Below are positions 62,263-64,000 of a stretch of DNA of 64,000 bases, piece by piece. This stretch comes from Myxococcota bacterium (lineage in GTDB: Bacteria; Myxococcota_A; UBA796; CAJQPC01). Positions within the stretch are counted from its first letter, which is position 1. Each line of letters opens with the position of its first letter. Location: positions 229,647 to 293,646 of the forward strand of contig JAZAMN010000031.1 of assembly GCA_036229005.1 (NCBI GenBank). The letters are read 5' to 3'. The translations under genes were made by a program, and so were the position numbers. The notes beneath the pieces were generated by a model. The model did no database searches, was not told the origin of the DNA, and saw only the letters and a list, made by a program, of their open reading frames with translations.

Positions 62263-63480
62263 ATGGCCCAGCTCCGCGTCCCCGGCACCCACCCTGACCT
62301 CGCCAGCGCCGTCGATGCCGCGCAGGCGGGGGACACCATCGTGCTGGAGGGTGAGGTCGATGCGCACGAGCTGCGCATCCGCAAGCCCCTCTCCATCTCC
62401 GGGGGGCGCATCAAGGGGCAGGGTCAGTTCGCCCTGGGGCTCTTCGATGACATCGAGCTCACGGGGATCGAGCTGCACCACCTGGGCGGCCACGGCGTGG
62501 TGATCATGGGCGGCTCCCCCACCCTGCGGGAGCTGACGCTGCGCGTGAAGGGCACCGCCATCGCCTGCGGTCAGCAGTCCACGCCGAGCATCCACAAGGT
62601 GGTCGTGCAGGGCTGCAGCATCGGCATGACCGTCCAGGACCAGGCCCAGCCGCGGATGGAGGAGTGTCAGATCACCTCTTCGGGGAGCGGGCTCTTCTTC
62701 ACGAGCAGCGCGGGCGGTCTGGTGGCGAGCACCGCCATCTCCGCCGGCAAGATGGCCGCGATCGAGGTGGGTGGGCAGGCCAACCCGAGCCTCGCGGGCG
62801 TCGCGGTGGTCGCGGGCGCGGCCGGTGGCTTCTTCATCCACGACCAGGCCACGCCCAAGCTGGCGGGGTGCATCGTGCAGCGCACCGCGCTCGCGGGGAT
62901 GGAGGTGGACGGCGCCGCCAACCCCACCGTGGACGCCTTCCTGGTGAAGGACGGCATGGGCGGCGGGCTCTTCCTGCACGGCAAGTCCACCGGCACCTAC
63001 ATGGAGGTCGAGGTCCACGGCTGCGCCCTGAGCGCCGTCGAGATCAGCGAGCACGCGAGCCCGGACCTGGAGCGCATGCTGCTCAAGGGCGGCGGCGGCG
63101 GTGGCCTGTACATCCACGGCAACGCCAAGGTCGAGGTGTTGGAGCTGCGGGTCGACGGCGTGGCCTTCCAGGCGGTCGAGGTCGGTGACGAGGCGGAGCT
63201 TTCGCTGGAGGACAGCAAGCTGCTGGGCTCGGGCAGCTTTGGCGTGTTGGCCCAGGCCCGCGGCAAGCTGCAGCTCACCCGCTGCGAGGTCAGCGGCGGC
63301 CAGGACTGGGGCATCCGCGTCCAGGATGCGGCGGTCGTCGGGATGATCGGCGGCGCCGTGCGCGACAACCACATGGGCGCGGTGCGGGGTTCCGGCGGCG
63401 GCCAGGTGGTGCTGGCGGAGGGCGCGGTGCTGAGCGGGGTGAAGACGATGACGGAGCGGGCGGGAGTTGTGGAGGCCTGA
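62263..63480 (+). CDS. Right-handed parallel beta-helix repeat protein
   Basis: GGAGG RBS; AVDAAQAGDTIVL cap; ~23-aa repeats with G..I and A.P.L/I. Confidence 0.85.
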   Translation: MAQLRVPGTHPDLASAVDAAQAGDTIVLEGEVDAHELRIRKPLSISGGRIKGQGQFALGLFDDIELTGIELHHLGGHGVVIMGGSPTLRELTLRVKGTAIACGQQSTPSIHKVVVQGCSIGMTVQDQAQPRMEECQITSSGSGLFFTSSAGGLVASTAISAGKMAAIEVGGQANPSLAGVAVVAGAAGGFFIHDQATPKLAGCIVQRTALAGMEVDGAANPTVDAFLVKDGMGGGLFLHGKSTGTYMEVEVHGCALSAVEISEHASPDLERMLLKGGGGGGLYIHGNAKVEVLELRVDGVAFQAVEVGDEAELSLEDSKLLGSGSFGVLAQARGKLQLTRCEVSGGQDWGIRVQDAAVVGMIGGAVRDNHMGAVRGSGGGQVVLAEGAVLSGVKTMTERAGVVEA

Positions 63481-63509
63481 GGGCTTGAGGGTTCGCGGGG
63501 ACCGGGGAC

Positions 63510-63543
63510 GGCGACCGGCGACCGGCGACCGGCGACCGGCGAT
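63510..63543. repeat. Heptamer tandem repeat GGCGACC
   Basis: Four exact copies at 63510-63537 plus a partial fifth. Confidence 0.85.
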
Positions 63544-63593
63544 GGCGGTGATGCCGAGGTCCAGCGTTTTGGCGGCCTACGCGTTGGGCGGTG

Positions 63594-64000
63594 CGAGGGC
63601 TCAGGGGTCGGGGGGCAGGTATCGGGTATCAGGCGTCAGGTATCGGTCATCACGCCGCTCAACGCCGAAGCGCCGTCTCCAGGCCGGACCCGGAACGCCA
63701 TCCGGGGACCGGCGCTCCCGTGGCCCGCACGCAGTGCCGGGCCCTCGCCGAGGCGCCTCCACCAGTCGGCTGCCACCAGCGCCCCAGCAGGACGTCATCG
63801 GCGGTTGCCGGTCCCCGGTCGCCTGTTGCCGCGAGGCTCAGGGGTCAGGTATCAGGCGTCGGGTATCGGTCATCACGCCGCTCCCCTCTGAAGCGCCGTC
63901 TCCAGGCCGGACCCGGAACGCCATCCGGGGACCCGCGCTCCCGTGGCCCGCACGCAGTGCCGGGCCCTCCCCGAGGCGCCTCCACTAGTCGGCTGCCACC
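63594..64000. repeat. Long direct repeat, period about 223 bp, second copy cut by the window end
   Basis: 63594-63777 and 63831-64000 are near-identical (e.g. GAAGCGCCGTCTCCAGGCCGGACCCGGAACGCCATCCGGGGACC in both). Confidence 0.9.

Noticed and set aside
63467..63988. 173-aa ORF over the terminal repeats
   Set aside because: Arg/Pro/Gly-rich translation of repeat DNA with no coding-like codon pattern.

Overview
High-GC bacterial chromosomal segment, most likely from a Myxococcota-like organism (inferred from Myxococcales-type Cys-rich repeats, many lipoproteins and shell proteins resembling those of Haliangium). It is densely coding: about 60 genes and one tRNA-Arg(CCT). I saw no integrase, transposase, prophage or CRISPR array. 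Housekeeping genes: 3' end of metH, gloA, hslO, mpl, trpS, an FKBP PPIase and two sigma factors. Most notable features: (i) a Haliangium ochraceum (HO)-type bacterial microcompartment operon (BMC-T, BMC-H, three BMC-P, acylating aldehyde dehydrogenase, second BMC-T) followed 11 nt later by an acyltransferase, plus a class II aldolase about 13 kb away that carries a probable C-terminal encapsulation peptide; (ii) a translationally coupled class III aminotransferase-LuxE-LuxC operon, a possible acid-to-aldehyde-to-amine route; (iii) a CurM/OLS-like sulfotransferase fused to a DUF1214-type domain; (iv) an ABC module whose binding protein is fused to OmpA, flanked by two coiled-coil proteins; (v) a polyprenyl synthase homologue with both Asp-rich motifs degenerate; (vi) unusually short lipoprotein signal peptides across the window; (vii) a structured ~223-bp direct repeat at the right edge. 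All family calls rest on motif recognition and remembered family sequences, not on database searches.
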